DNA from: Candidatus Poribacteria bacterium
GTDB lineage: Bacteria > Poribacteria > WGA-4E > WGA-3G
NCBI GenBank assembly: GCA_965198235.1
Contig: OZ240248.1
Coordinates: forward strand, 3,552,001-3,616,000
DNA length: 64,000 nucleotides
Direction of reading: 5' to 3'
The translations under genes were made by a program, and so were the position numbers. A model generated the notes under the pieces. That model did no database searches and had not been told where the DNA came from. It saw only the letters and a list, made by a program, of their open reading frames with translations. Below, piece after piece: positions 49,032 to 59,709 of this stretch. Each line of letters opens with the position of its first letter. Position 1 is the first letter of the stretch.

Positions 49032-50204
49032 TTAGGATACGGTTTGGTATCGTTCCCAGGCATCGCCTGCAGCAGCGGCTTGACGTTCGAGTTCGGTTCG
49101 CCATCCAACGACTTCGCCTGTCTTGATGCGTTGAATGTCAAAGCCGGCATAGCGATCTTCGAGCCTATCGCCGAGTTTGAGGGTTGCCGCCCAGCGGTCC
49201 CATGCCGTTTTCATCCATTCGTGCGGGAGTGCCTCACGGACGGTGGTGTCGAGCTGCCATGCGAATCGCGCATCGGCGACTGTTGGTTCCTCGTCGGAGG
49301 GACCGCTCCATTTCGACCAGCCGATTGAGAGGGTGTTGCGTTCGCGCTCAGGTACGGTGTGTCCGGTATGGATGGTCGTGCCGTTACGGATGAGTGCCTC
49401 GCCTGCCTTGAGCCGAATCGCGACCTGTCCGGGGAGCGGGTCTGTGCCATTCCAACTCGGTGTATATGGAACACCCTGGTCCTTCATGGATTGTGGGAGT
49501 AGTACGTCGTGCTCAAGCGGGGTGCGCCATCGATGGTGGCTACCTTGAACGAGTTCATGGCATTCGTCGTCCGCAAGTGCCAAGAACATGCCCACACTGT
49601 TCCGTTCGGTAATTCGCTTCTCATTTTCTTCCTGAATTTCCTTCCAGCGGATCCGCTCGACCTCCTCGGAATAGGCTTCGGGACCTTCTCGACGATCTTC
49701 TTGTGAGAAGTAACTCTCTCCAGTGCCCCACCATGTCGTGTCTCTGTGCCATCCGAGTTTGTTTTCTTTTTTACGAGGGTTACACCAGAGGAGTATGTTC
49801 GTCATGACAAGGTCTTCAGGCTCCGCGCCACACCACGCCTTGACGAAGCCTGTGAAATCTGGCGATCCGTAAAATTCAGCGAAAACGGGTTCTTTAAATG
49901 CCGGATGGATTATGCCTCGGATTGCCCAAGGTTCATTCTCACCTGCACGGTGAACGTATCCCTTTGAGCAGTCGATGCCGTCGTATCCGCTCTCTGGCGC
50001 ACAGGCTTGTGTAACCCGTCTGCCTGCCTCTCGGAGGATTGGAATCCACGGATTGTCAACAAAGTCGGTGATGATGACGAAACCGTGTTCCTTCAAGTGT
50101 GCCAACCGTTCGGGTGTGGCTCCGGGTGCAGCGAGTTCGGATTTTGAATCCGCAAAAGCCGGGGCGCGGTAAACTTCCTTCGCAGGGGATTGATCGTTGC
50201 TCAT
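49032..50204 (-). CDS. PhyH-like dioxygenase
   Basis: EHGFVII, WHRD, VQGSH, LKAGE...IHTG. Confidence 0.78.
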   Translation of the reverse strand: MSNDQSPAKEVYRAPAFADSKSELAAPGATPERLAHLKEHGFVIITDFVDNPWIPILREAGRRVTQACAPESGYDGIDCSKGYVHRAGENEPWAIRGIIHPAFKEPVFAEFYGSPDFTGFVKAWCGAEPEDLVMTNILLWCNPRKKENKLGWHRDTTWWGTGESYFSQEDRREGPEAYSEEVERIRWKEIQEENEKRITERNSVGMFLALADDECHELVQGSHHRWRTPLEHDVLLPQSMKDQGVPYTPSWNGTDPLPGQVAIRLKAGEALIRNGTTIHTGHTVPERERNTLSIGWSKWSGPSDEEPTVADARFAWQLDTTVREALPHEWMKTAWDRWAATLKLGDRLEDRYAGFDIQRIKTGEVVGWRTELERQAAAAGDAWERYQTVS

Positions 50205-50407
50205 TGTCGTGCCTCCTTTTGAAGCTTTTAGAACGCTTGTTGAAACTTGAGGTTGTAGTATGATACTCCTTCACAAATTTGTCAAGGATTACGATGTTTC
50301 CTGTTGAAGGTTTCCAAATCCTATTGGTTTTCAGGTATCGGTTATCAGTTAAAGGATTATCGTCTAACAAAAGTCTCTTTTAACTGACAACTAACGACTG
50401 ACAACTA

Positions 50408-51445
50408 TTAATGCATCTCAATTGAGAGGACGTAACTCAGGATTGTCACCAGAAGCCATGTGCCGACCAACACGATCCCGAACGGACGTTTCAACTGATC
50501 GCCCGACACGAAAATCCCACACCGGAACATGATCAGAATAAACAGCATCGCTGGGAACAGAAACTGGAAGAACTGACCGTCTGCCTGCAAACCGCCTTGC
50601 GTTGCGGAAGCGGAGACACCGGCGACAAAAAGGACGTTGAGAATATCGGCGCCGATAATGTTACCGACTGCCAACTCTCCGTGTCCGCGCCTGACTGCTG
50701 ATAGTGCCGTTACCAGTTCTGGAAGCGATGTGCCGAACGCAACGAGTGTCGCTGAGATAATGTGTTTCGGGACCCCTATCCTTTCCGCCATGATGCTCAC
50801 GGTCGGAATCAGAATCTGGGCGGAGACGACGATGATGGCAATTGAGACGATGAGTTTAATGAGCGTTCCGAACCCGCTTGCTTCTTCCACCTCCGCTTCT
50901 TCGCCATTATCAGTATTCGCTCCTGCTGCACTTGCCCACCGGATGGACTGCCAGATATATAACGCCAGTAGTATAACGAAGATGACACCTACAAGTTGTG
51001 GCAGAACGCCGCCTTGCGTGAAGACTTTTGCTGGGGAGGTCCACGGGAAACAGCCGAGCACGAGTAGGATGCCAGCACCTACTTGTACGTTTGACAACCG
51101 TGAAGTCAACTGGCGATTGAGGGGTAGCGGAGCGATGAGGGATGCCAATCCGAGAATAAGTCCCGTGTCGCAAATAATTGAACCGACTGCGTTGCCGAGT
51201 GCAAGCCCCGGTTTTCCTTGTATTGCGGATAGTACAGAGACTGCCGCCTCTGGAGTTGTGGTGCCGATGCTCACGATCGTTGCACCGATGACCGCTTTTC
51301 CTAAACCCCATCGGGTTGAAAGGGTGACGGCTTCATCGACAAGCCAATCTGCACCTTTGCCGAGTGTGTAAAGCGTTACCGCAATTATCAGAAAAAGAGC
51401 CAGGCTGGGTAACCCGTTAGTAAGTTCTGTGATCCATTGTTCCAT
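50408..51445 (-). CDS. Calcium/sodium antiporter (YrbG-like)
   Basis: Alpha repeats GTTTPE...GNAVGS and GTSLPE...GNIIGA. Probable start at 51445. Confidence 0.9.
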   Translation of the reverse strand: MEQWITELTNGLPSLALFLIIAVTLYTLGKGADWLVDEAVTLSTRWGLGKAVIGATIVSIGTTTPEAAVSVLSAIQGKPGLALGNAVGSIICDTGLILGLASLIAPLPLNRQLTSRLSNVQVGAGILLVLGCFPWTSPAKVFTQGGVLPQLVGVIFVILLALYIWQSIRWASAAGANTDNGEEAEVEEASGFGTLIKLIVSIAIIVVSAQILIPTVSIMAERIGVPKHIISATLVAFGTSLPELVTALSAVRRGHGELAVGNIIGADILNVLFVAGVSASATQGGLQADGQFFQFLFPAMLFILIMFRCGIFVSGDQLKRPFGIVLVGTWLLVTILSYVLSIEMH

Positions 51446-51522
51446 TAATTTTACCTTTCGAAGAGATATAGGATATTCATTTCCTGAGAATAGATTAGCA
51501 TATACCTTTGGCGAAGTCAATT

Positions 51523-51775
51523 AGTTTTCAGTTAAGAGGTTATCGTCTAACGAAGCTTCTTTTATGGTAAAACCCACAATTACTTGGACATTGTGGACGG
51601 GCGAGGTTAGGAAATCTCGCGAGCGGAGAGCGAAACCCAACACTTAAATGCCGTGTATAGGGTTGGTTCCTTCAGCCCCAGCGGGGGTTTTTGCTTGGGT
51701 GTTTCTTCAACATGTGTGTAGAAATAGAGTAAAGATAACAGTCAAGCCCCAGCGGGGCGACATGTGTAGATATAA
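51523..51775. repeat. Composite of nested repeats: hairpin-element arm, MITE half, REP A half and two GCCCCAGCGGGG repeats
   Basis: cagttaagaggttatcgtctaac (cf. 50346), tatggtaa...aattacttggacattgt (cf. 15018), gcgaaacccaac, and gccccagcgggg at 51675 and 51746 (cf. 59188, 59237 and inverted near 14809-14834). Confidence 0.6.
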
Positions 51776-51814
51776 CAGTAAATTTCTCTAAATGTTTGTG
51801 TCGAACTCACGTTT

Positions 51815-53755
51815 TTAATAGTAAAATGTATACGTCGGTCTGTCAAGGAGAATGCTTAAGATATTCCAGAAACTCCCCATGGCAAAGTCGCCGAGTGCTA
51901 ATCCGAGAAAAAGCGGCACTATTTTCCGGTAGAGACCGAGTCCACCGTATTTTAGCACACTCCATTTGGCAAGCGCACTGATGATAAACGCCGCCCAGAA
52001 GAGGTGGAGATGGAAGGAGACTCCATAACCGAGTGGATGAATGGGCCACCAGAACAGCCGACTGCGGACCACTGAGAGCAGAAGCGTAACAGAGAAACCG
52101 ATTGTTATCGCGGTGATATGCCCGCTATTTGCATCTTGCGGTGAGGTGAGCCAGCCCTCAAGAAAGCGATACGCCCGTCCACCGAAACTGTTAATCTGCC
52201 CACCGACCTTACCGGAATTAACACCGAGTTCAAAGAACGTATCTACCAACATAAGGATGCACAACGGCATTGCGATGACTGTCAGCATAAGCATCAGACG
52301 AGACAGACCTTTTACGTCGAGGTTGCCGCGCTCGGCAAGTTTAAACGCTTCAAGTTGGTGCGGCATCGGGTGGCTCCGATTGTCTCTATTGAACCAGAAA
52401 AAGAGCGCGAACCATGTCAGATTGCGTCCACCGATCCGCCGCGTGCCGAGTCCGCTAACGAGGCTATGGTGCGGTCCTATAAAGGTTGTTGAGTGAATAG
52501 GGAAACCGATTTGTGCTCGGATACGCGTCAACGGCATCGCGATCGTTGCAAAATGTGCGGCAAAAAATAGGATGGCGATCCACATCGCCATTCCGCCACG
52601 CATCGCAAATCCGATGATGAATATTCCACCGAAAACGATCCCCAAAAACGCCGTTCGATAGCGCATCGGTTCTTTCGCGTCCGCTGCCGTTCTTTGGGCA
52701 AATGCTGTGCGAAATGCCCGCCAGATCTGCCTGCGTGTGCTCCACAGGGCGACTGCACAGATCCCGATATACGCGCCGATGTTCTGCTCATACGGGTAAG
52801 GAAAGCCGGGGATGTTCTCCAACCCGGTGAGGATGGTGATGAAGTATTGCACTTTATAAAGAAAGAAAAAGAGTAGACACGATGTAAGCAATTCAAGTGG
52901 CATCAGGAAGCCGAGTCCAACAGCGAATGGATAGACAATAATTGCATCCCCACCACGGAGAAAGGCTGTCCACGGCTTTTCAGTGAATAAAGCGTTGAGG
53001 GGGATGTGTTTATTAGGAAAAGCCGGAATTGAAGGAAAAAAGATGTTAAGTCCATTGATAAGACTAATTATTGACGCGATGCCGAATCCCCACCACATGG
53101 CTCGGTTCCGCAGGAATCGGCTTGTGTTGTAGGCGAGTTGATACGGGAGCTCGACAATCGGATACACGAGACGTTCCTGTTCCGTCCACTGCTTGCGGAT
53201 GATAACATTGATACACTGCATCACGAAGATAAGCGCGAAAGTGAATGTACACCACCAGAAGGTAGGGATCATCCATTCCATTATATAATGGGTTTCAAAA
53301 AGCGGTTCATCGCCGAGATAGAACGCACGGAGCACTCTCGGATCGTTGATTGTCAGCCAGTCCGGCAGATGGTGCCAGAACAACTCGCGCCATTCGTTTT
53401 CAGGTGTACCGAAGTAGAAGGCGTGAACGATGATTGAGACGAGCGGAAGGAACATATCATAAGACATGAACAGCAATGTTATGGACATTAGGACATAGAG
53501 GGTGATCAGTTCACCACCTGTCAGCGCGTGCTTCGCAGCATATTTTTTAACGCCGATGTTGAACGCGGCGATGACCAGCAGTGTGAAGACAACACTGTAG
53601 AACGGTGCCATCAACGTTGGGAAGGTGTATCGGAGGGCTTCACATTCAATATGCCATTTGTAGATGAGCGGCAAGAGTAACAACGATATGAGGATGGTAC
53701 GCAGGGTGATTTTTTCGGGGGTCGGCGTACTTGTCGATGGACTTAAAGGAGACAT
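51815..53755 (-). CDS. Polytopic membrane protein, DUF6785/DUF6784-like putative transporter
   Basis: About 16 TMs with motifs FGTPENEW, KQWTEQERLVYPI, WWPIHPLGY, KYGG, PLFLGLALGD. Confidence 0.7.
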   Translation of the reverse strand: MSPLSPSTSTPTPEKITLRTILISLLLLPLIYKWHIECEALRYTFPTLMAPFYSVVFTLLVIAAFNIGVKKYAAKHALTGGELITLYVLMSITLLFMSYDMFLPLVSIIVHAFYFGTPENEWRELFWHHLPDWLTINDPRVLRAFYLGDEPLFETHYIMEWMIPTFWWCTFTFALIFVMQCINVIIRKQWTEQERLVYPIVELPYQLAYNTSRFLRNRAMWWGFGIASIISLINGLNIFFPSIPAFPNKHIPLNALFTEKPWTAFLRGGDAIIVYPFAVGLGFLMPLELLTSCLLFFFLYKVQYFITILTGLENIPGFPYPYEQNIGAYIGICAVALWSTRRQIWRAFRTAFAQRTAADAKEPMRYRTAFLGIVFGGIFIIGFAMRGGMAMWIAILFFAAHFATIAMPLTRIRAQIGFPIHSTTFIGPHHSLVSGLGTRRIGGRNLTWFALFFWFNRDNRSHPMPHQLEAFKLAERGNLDVKGLSRLMLMLTVIAMPLCILMLVDTFFELGVNSGKVGGQINSFGGRAYRFLEGWLTSPQDANSGHITAITIGFSVTLLLSVVRSRLFWWPIHPLGYGVSFHLHLFWAAFIISALAKWSVLKYGGLGLYRKIVPLFLGLALGDFAMGSFWNILSILLDRPTYTFYY

Positions 53756-53898
53756 AGTGAGAGTTTAGCGGATGAATAGGCGGTCGGTGAAAAGTCTTGG
53801 TGTGTGCTCGCAGAAATGTGAACCTTCTCCCTGTATTTTACGTTTATTTAGATAAAAGTTCAAGGAAATCCATTGTGAGCATCGGGGGATGTTTGGTT

Positions 53899-55053
53899 AT
53901 GAAAATTACACAGGTTGAAGCGTTCGCGCTCCGATACCAAACGGGGAAATCATCAGAAGGGCAGGCAGACAATTATTACTTACCGGACGAAGGATGGCGT
54001 TGCATCTACGCACGTCACCATGAAACGATGGTCGTGCGGATGACCACGTCGGACGGAATCGTCGGGTATGGCGAAGGACAAAGCCCCGTTTCACCGCGCA
54101 CATCGAAGACAATCGTTGAGGATTTGTGTCGTCCGATACTGATGGGAAAAGACCCGTTTGACGTGGAATACCTTTGGCAACGGATGTTTACGGCGATGCG
54201 GGAGCGTGGACACTATACCGGTTTTTTCATTGATGCGCTCGCCGGGTGTGACATTGCACTGTGGGACATCATCGGGCAAGCGACAGGTAAACCCATTCAC
54301 AAAGTGTTGGGTGGACGCTATCGGGATCGAATACCTTTATATGCTGGAGTTGGCAGCAGCACTCCGGAGTCGGCGGCGGCACAAGCGGCTAAGCATGTCT
54401 CGCAGGGTTATGGTGGGTTGAAGATTCACTCGACGCACGGGCGCGCCGAGATTTTGGAGATCGTCGCCGCGGTGCGCGAACAGGTCGGTCCACAGATTAA
54501 GTTGATGGTGGACCTCCATACCCAATACAGCGTGCCAGAGGCGACGCGACTCGGACGCGGGCTTGAGGAATTGGACGTGATGTGGTTAGAGTCGCCGACG
54601 GCACCCGAGGACATCCCCGGACAAGCGGCATTGGCACAGTCGTTGGATATGTCGGTCGCTATCGGGGAGTGGACACGCACCCGTTATGAATTACGGGAGG
54701 TGTTTGAACGTCGTGCCTGCGACATCACCATGCCCGATATTGCCCGCACGGGTCTCACGGAGGGTAAGCGCATCGCGAGCCTCGCCGATACCTATAACAT
54801 TCCGGTGACACCTCACATCGGTGGCGGTGGCATCCTCTCGATTGCCGCAACGGTGCAATTTTCCGCGACGATCCCTAACTTCTTGATTATGGAGCATTCC
54901 CCTGAGGCGTATGAATCGAAAGGGCAAATCACCACGCGAAAACCGACAGTTGAGGATGGGGCTTTCAATAAGTGGTAAAACATTGATGATATGCCCGGAC
55001 TCGGTGTTGTTATTGATACGGAAGCGTTAGAAGCCTTCGCAATAGGTGGTTAA
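53899..55053 (+). pseudogene. Mandelate racemase/muconate lactonizing enzyme family gene with a premature TAA at 54976-54978
   Basis: GYGEG, DIALWD, KIH, MVDLH, WLESP, IGEW, PHIG, MEH. After the TAA the same frame continues NIDDMPGLGVVID...GG to TAA 55053. Confidence 0.7.
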
Positions 55054-55997
55054 TACCCTTTTTCCTTATCCACAACGTTGGTGAGCGGTTCTCCGTTCAC
55101 GTGTTTGTGCATGTTGTCGATGAACAACTCCATTGCGCGTTTGGCGATATTCTGTGACGCGCCAGCGGTATGGGACGTTAGAATCACGTTCGGAAGCGTC
55201 CATAATGGATTGTCTTGTGGACACGGTTCCGTATAGGTCACGTCCAACCCCGCGCCCGCCACTTTCCCGCTTTTCAGCGCGGCGACGAGTGCGTCCTCGT
55301 CAACCACTTTCCCGCGACTGACGTTGATGAAGAAGCTTCCGTCTGGTAAGGCATCGAATTCTGCATGCGATAGCAGTTTATGGGTTTGCGGTGTGATTGG
55401 GCAGCAGACCGTCAAAACGTCGCAGCGTGACAGGAACTCCGGCAGCCAGTCGAGTTGCCCCAATTCATTGACGGTGTCTGGCTTCTCCATCGGTTCGGGA
55501 TCGACAGCGATTACGTTGAACTCGAAGGCTTTGGCACGTTGCGCGACCGCTCTGCCGATGCCTCCAAGTCCGAGAACTCCCATTGTCATTCCCGATACCT
55601 CAACGCACGACAGCCCCTTCCACTCCTTATCTCGCATCAAATCGAGTTGTGTGTTGATTCCCCGTGTCAGTGCAAGTAGCAACGCGAAGGCGTGTTCGGC
55701 GAGTTGTGGTCCGTACAAACGTTTGCTGTTTACGAGGGTGATGGGACTTTCCTTGAAGGCGGGGTACATTGATCTTTCCACCCCCACGAAAGGTTGCATC
55801 ACCCATTGTAGGGATTTCGCATAAGGGAGGACATTCTCTGATACCACGCCGTAGAGAATTTCAACATCTGAAAGGTGGTCTTTAAGTTGCTCACCTTCCT
55901 GTAGAAAGCTAACTTCCATCTCTGGGGGTGCGTCCCCCAGCATATCCGCAACCTCTTGACTGATCCCACTGGCGATCAGCACCTTGATTTTAGCCAT
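55050..55997 (-). CDS. D-2-hydroxyacid dehydrogenase
   Basis: GVLGLGGIG, INVSRG, GAGLDV..EP, TSHTAG, VDKEKGY. Confidence 0.92.
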   Translation of the reverse strand: MAKIKVLIASGISQEVADMLGDAPPEMEVSFLQEGEQLKDHLSDVEILYGVVSENVLPYAKSLQWVMQPFVGVERSMYPAFKESPITLVNSKRLYGPQLAEHAFALLLALTRGINTQLDLMRDKEWKGLSCVEVSGMTMGVLGLGGIGRAVAQRAKAFEFNVIAVDPEPMEKPDTVNELGQLDWLPEFLSRCDVLTVCCPITPQTHKLLSHAEFDALPDGSFFINVSRGKVVDEDALVAALKSGKVAGAGLDVTYTEPCPQDNPLWTLPNVILTSHTAGASQNIAKRAMELFIDNMHKHVNGEPLTNVVDKEKGY

Positions 55998-56240
55998 TGA
56001 TAGTCTCCTTCGTTATAGGATTTTCTGTGATAATTCTTGACAAAAAATTAATGCGTCAATATGGGCTTGTCTAACTTTATTGCTTTTTGTCTCCTTGTGA
56101 AGGTAGATGGTGTCAGACATACCGTACGGAGAACTCGCTTTTTAGTGCTAACTGGAGTTAGAGATTATATAATCTATCACATAAAGGAGAAAAATGCAAC
56201 TCAAATTAGTTTTCCAAAAACAGTTTTTCTTACGGTTATT

Positions 56241-56356
56241 TATGGTAAGCCTACAGTTACTTAGGCATTGTGAGGCGAGGTTGGGAAACCTCGCCAGCGG
56301 GGGTGGCAGATTTTCGCTTCTATTGAGATGCCTATTTATTTCTATAATTCACCATA
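56241..56356 (+). mobile_element. MITE of the TA-ended family
   Basis: TATGGTAA...TTACTTAGGCAT left end, ATGCCTA...TTCACCATA right end, internal GGCGAGGTTGGGAAACCTCGCCAGCGG. Confidence 0.65.
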
Positions 56357-56462
56357 ATTTTCGGTTTTCACTGAGTTTACGAATTTCCCTTGACAGATTT
56401 CCCCAAAACGGGTATTCTCAAGAAAAATCTCTCCTTTACCCCCTGAAAGCGAGCAATATACT

Positions 56463-59177
56463 ATGCTACAGGTCCGATACGCACGCTATACTCCCCACGA
56501 TGCATACCTCCGTTTGACGAATGAACATTACATCCTTGATGTGGATAGACGCAGCGGTGTTATCAAAGGTTTATACCTGACAGAGGACGCACAAGGCACG
56601 AACTTCTTCGGGAATGAGCAGAACATGCGTCTCAACATCTGGTGGAAGCAACAGCACGTTCCTGAAAAGGCGCAACGCATTCCGATGCACTGCTGGACTG
56701 GCGACGTTGTGCTGAAAGCGCGTGCAACCCCTGTAGGAGGGATTTGTAATCCCGATCCTAAAAAACAAAACTGGCGCGCGATGCACACCTTCCTCAGCGA
56801 CGATGTCCGGACGGTGACGTACGACCAAGATTCTATAACCACCCGTTATGCGGGCAATTCTGTCAACCAAGGCGGACTCCAGCACCTCAATATTGAGCAG
56901 CGTTATGAGTTTAGGGGAAACCCGCAGAGCGGCGATGCCATTCTATGGACGATCACGCTTCATAACACTTCGCAGGAACAGGTCGAAATCGGAGAACTCG
57001 GACTCCCGATCACACTGAATACGAACTACAGCATCGGTGATGAGAAACAGGGTTTCAACCATCGGTCGATCGAGTCTACGAAATATGTCTTTGAGCAACG
57101 CGTGATTGAGAGCTCGTTTGTCTCTGGACATTCGTCCTATATCCTTGTGACCCGTGCAAGCGGCAAAGGTGACCAAGTGCTGATTGTTCCGCAAGGCGAC
57201 ACCGCATTGGAGGCGATTTCTGGATATGGACTTTTCCCTAACACCGATATGATGACGGGTGCTGGCTCCATGTTTTACCTGTTTTCCGAAGCGACTGCGA
57301 TGGAACCTTGGTACAATGGACACCGTTCGCTCACTTTGGCACCCGATGAAAGACGGACTTTCAGTTTCACATTGTGTCGCGTTAAGGACTACGCCGATGT
57401 CAGCGAGAAGTTGTATCAGAACGGGAACGTCGCTGTGAAGATCGTGCCGGGGATGGTGCTACCTGTCGGCACGACGGCACATCTTCTGCTCCGATGCCAG
57501 AAACCAATTACGGCGATTGAGACTGCTGATGGCATTGAAGTTGAACCTGTGGCAGCGATGGGGGACCGCTATACCTATACCGTCTGTCTCACTTCTATGG
57601 GTGAACAGAAGGTGACAATTCGCTACGGCAATGGCGAATGGACACACCTGTTGTTCAAGGGTATCGCGGAGATAGAGACCTTGATGAAGGCACGCGCCGA
57701 ATTCATCGTGGAGAATCAACGTGTTGAAGATCCTGACGACCTCTGCCACTACAGTTTTCGCATCTGGAATAACGAGGATGAAAGACTCATCGTGGAGGAG
57801 GAGGCACCTTGCGGTTCGATTGATATGGGGGGCAGCGATGACCGATGCTTTGCACCACCCGTATTCCTCGCTGGTAAAAACGCCTATTACCCCGATGAGG
57901 AAGAGATCCACGCACTCGACGAATTCATTGAAAACTTTCTCTACGGGAAGCTACAGAATAAAGACAACTATCAGGTGCTGAACTCACTCATTGGGCTCCG
58001 ACCGGGTTCGTGGCGGCGATGGGATTACGTCTGGCGTATCTATAACTATCCGCACGTCTACAATATCTACTATCAGATGTATCGGATCACCAAGTTGCAC
58101 GGGATAAAAACGAGTCGCGAACCCTTGTGGTATCTCAACCTCGCCTATAACACTGCACTCGCCTCTTACCTCGATTCCACCTACGAGAGTATCTATGAGA
58201 CGAAGAATTACATCGACTACCACCGCGGCAACATGTCCAAAACGCATGCACCGATGGGTTCACCGATTCTGGCGCATCTCCTGAGATCGCTGAAGATGGA
58301 AGGCATGACTGCTGAATACCGCACGCTTCGAGAGGCTATTGAAGGGTGTCTCCCGTTTTTCCTTGAGGAGGAATACCCGTTTGCATCGGAGTATTGTTTC
58401 GACCACGCTTCAAAAGCGGCGTTGTACTACTTGGCACAGGTCGCCGACGATGAGCTGTTGAAGCAGCGCACTGTGCAGACGATCCTCGCGAGCCGCGACG
58501 CAACCCCGATGTGGTTCTCCTACTGCACGAACATGCGATACATCGGATGCTACCCGACGCCGTTGCTGGCGCGTCCGCTTTTTGATAGATATGAGCAGAC
58601 GGGGGATCTGCACTTCCTGCAGAAGGCGTACGGCGCAACCTTGGCGGTCTGGAGTTGTGTCGATCCGTCTGGGAAGGGCTACAACGGTAGGGAATGGCGA
58701 TTCAACCCGCCGGAGAAGGGTTCGCCAGAATACAATTACTATCGGAACGGCTGTTTCTCTGGTGAGGTCGGTGTGGGACTTTACGGCAACTTGAGCATGT
58801 TGAAATCCTACCTCGTCCAAGATCCAGATTTCGGGCTTGTCGGTTACGGGTGCGCTGTATCTGAAACGGCGGACGACTGGACGCTCGTCCCGCAGGATGG
58901 ATTAGGTGTCAGAGCGTCCTTTGTGCCGCTCGGCGTGACGTTGGAGACGGTGAAGGCTCGCATTGAGAAGGCGACACTCGCAAAGGATACGCGGCGGTTG
59001 GAGCTCGTTTTGTCGAAGCCGTCCAAGCATGCGGAATGTGCGCATATCTCGGTTCGTGGGATGCCATCGGGTTCCTATCGGTGTAGCGCAGGTCGTGTCA
59101 AAGTCAGCGATCCCATTGAGTGGGATATTCCTTATGCAGAGGGGCAGGATTCCGTTGTCGTGACGTTAGTCCGCTGA
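56463..59177 (+). CDS. DUF5695-like, glycoside hydrolase-like protein
   Basis: 904 aa with EIGELGLP, WRIYNYPHV, PFASEYCFD, DPDFGLVGYG, PQDGLG motifs. Confidence 0.7.
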   Translation: MLQVRYARYTPHDAYLRLTNEHYILDVDRRSGVIKGLYLTEDAQGTNFFGNEQNMRLNIWWKQQHVPEKAQRIPMHCWTGDVVLKARATPVGGICNPDPKKQNWRAMHTFLSDDVRTVTYDQDSITTRYAGNSVNQGGLQHLNIEQRYEFRGNPQSGDAILWTITLHNTSQEQVEIGELGLPITLNTNYSIGDEKQGFNHRSIESTKYVFEQRVIESSFVSGHSSYILVTRASGKGDQVLIVPQGDTALEAISGYGLFPNTDMMTGAGSMFYLFSEATAMEPWYNGHRSLTLAPDERRTFSFTLCRVKDYADVSEKLYQNGNVAVKIVPGMVLPVGTTAHLLLRCQKPITAIETADGIEVEPVAAMGDRYTYTVCLTSMGEQKVTIRYGNGEWTHLLFKGIAEIETLMKARAEFIVENQRVEDPDDLCHYSFRIWNNEDERLIVEEEAPCGSIDMGGSDDRCFAPPVFLAGKNAYYPDEEEIHALDEFIENFLYGKLQNKDNYQVLNSLIGLRPGSWRRWDYVWRIYNYPHVYNIYYQMYRITKLHGIKTSREPLWYLNLAYNTALASYLDSTYESIYETKNYIDYHRGNMSKTHAPMGSPILAHLLRSLKMEGMTAEYRTLREAIEGCLPFFLEEEYPFASEYCFDHASKAALYYLAQVADDELLKQRTVQTILASRDATPMWFSYCTNMRYIGCYPTPLLARPLFDRYEQTGDLHFLQKAYGATLAVWSCVDPSGKGYNGREWRFNPPEKGSPEYNYYRNGCFSGEVGVGLYGNLSMLKSYLVQDPDFGLVGYGCAVSETADDWTLVPQDGLGVRASFVPLGVTLETVKARIEKATLAKDTRRLELVLSKPSKHAECAHISVRGMPSGSYRCSAGRVKVSDPIEWDIPYAEGQDSVVVTLVR

Positions 59178-59187
59178 TTGGTATTCA

Positions 59188-59261
59188 GCCCCGTAGGGGC
59201 GATATGTTTATAGAAAATGTGGGATGTAAGATTATAGCCCTATAAGGGCGGTATGTGTATA
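59188..59261 (+). repeat. Two GCCCC..GGGC(G)ATATGT..ATAG-type repeats
   Basis: gccccgtaggggcgatatgtttatag and gccctataagggcggtatgtgtata. Same paired arrangement at 51675/51746. Confidence 0.6.
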
Positions 59262-59309
59262 TCGTCATACATCGAATTACACCAGCGCAGTAGGAACATT
59301 GCGTCGTAC

Positions 59310-59344
59310 AAAAAAATGGGGACTGGTAAAACCAGTCCCCTTTT
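59310..59344. terminator. Bidirectional rho-independent terminator
   Basis: A-run, GGGGACTGGT-AAA-ACCAGTCCCC, TTTT, lying between convergent genes. Confidence 0.8.
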
Positions 59345-59367
59345 GACTTACCACTGAACTTTAGAGG

Positions 59368-59709
59368 CTATGCCGATAGTGCTGAGACTGCGGCATCCTC
59401 GCTGTCGAAACATTCAAAGAGACTCACCAGTCGATTCAGAGCGACCAGGTTTTTGATGTGTTTACCGACATTGACAACCCCGATGCGCCCTTTCTTTCGG
59501 GTTGCGGCGACACGTGCTTCCATAAGGGCACTGAGTCCTGAACTATCGATCCTATTGACGTGCTCGAAATTGATGAGAACACGTGGCTCATCGTAAGCCT
59601 CTATTTGGGGTGAAATTGCTTTCCGTAATTCTGATGCTGAGGATCCCACTATTTTCCCGCTCGGTTCCAAAATCGTGATGCCGTCTTGCTGACGAATCTG
59701 CGTTACCAT
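59368..59709 (-). CDS. STAS domain anti-sigma factor antagonist
   Basis: 113 aa, INFEHVNRIDSSGLSAL, RBS AAGGAG. Confidence 0.9.
   Translation of the reverse strand: MVTQIRQQDGITILEPSGKIVGSSASELRKAISPQIEAYDEPRVLINFEHVNRIDSSGLSALMEARVAATRKKGRIGVVNVGKHIKNLVALNRLVSLFECFDSEDAAVSALSA

Noticed and set aside
50637-51371. Long antisense ORFs (244 aa here, 229 aa at 31546, 176 aa at 24229, others)
   Set aside because: These are shadows of well-supported genes on the opposite strand.
54976-54978. Stop-codon recoding in the enolase-family gene
   Set aside because: The codon is TAA and is not at a catalytic position. The spacing points to an insertion.
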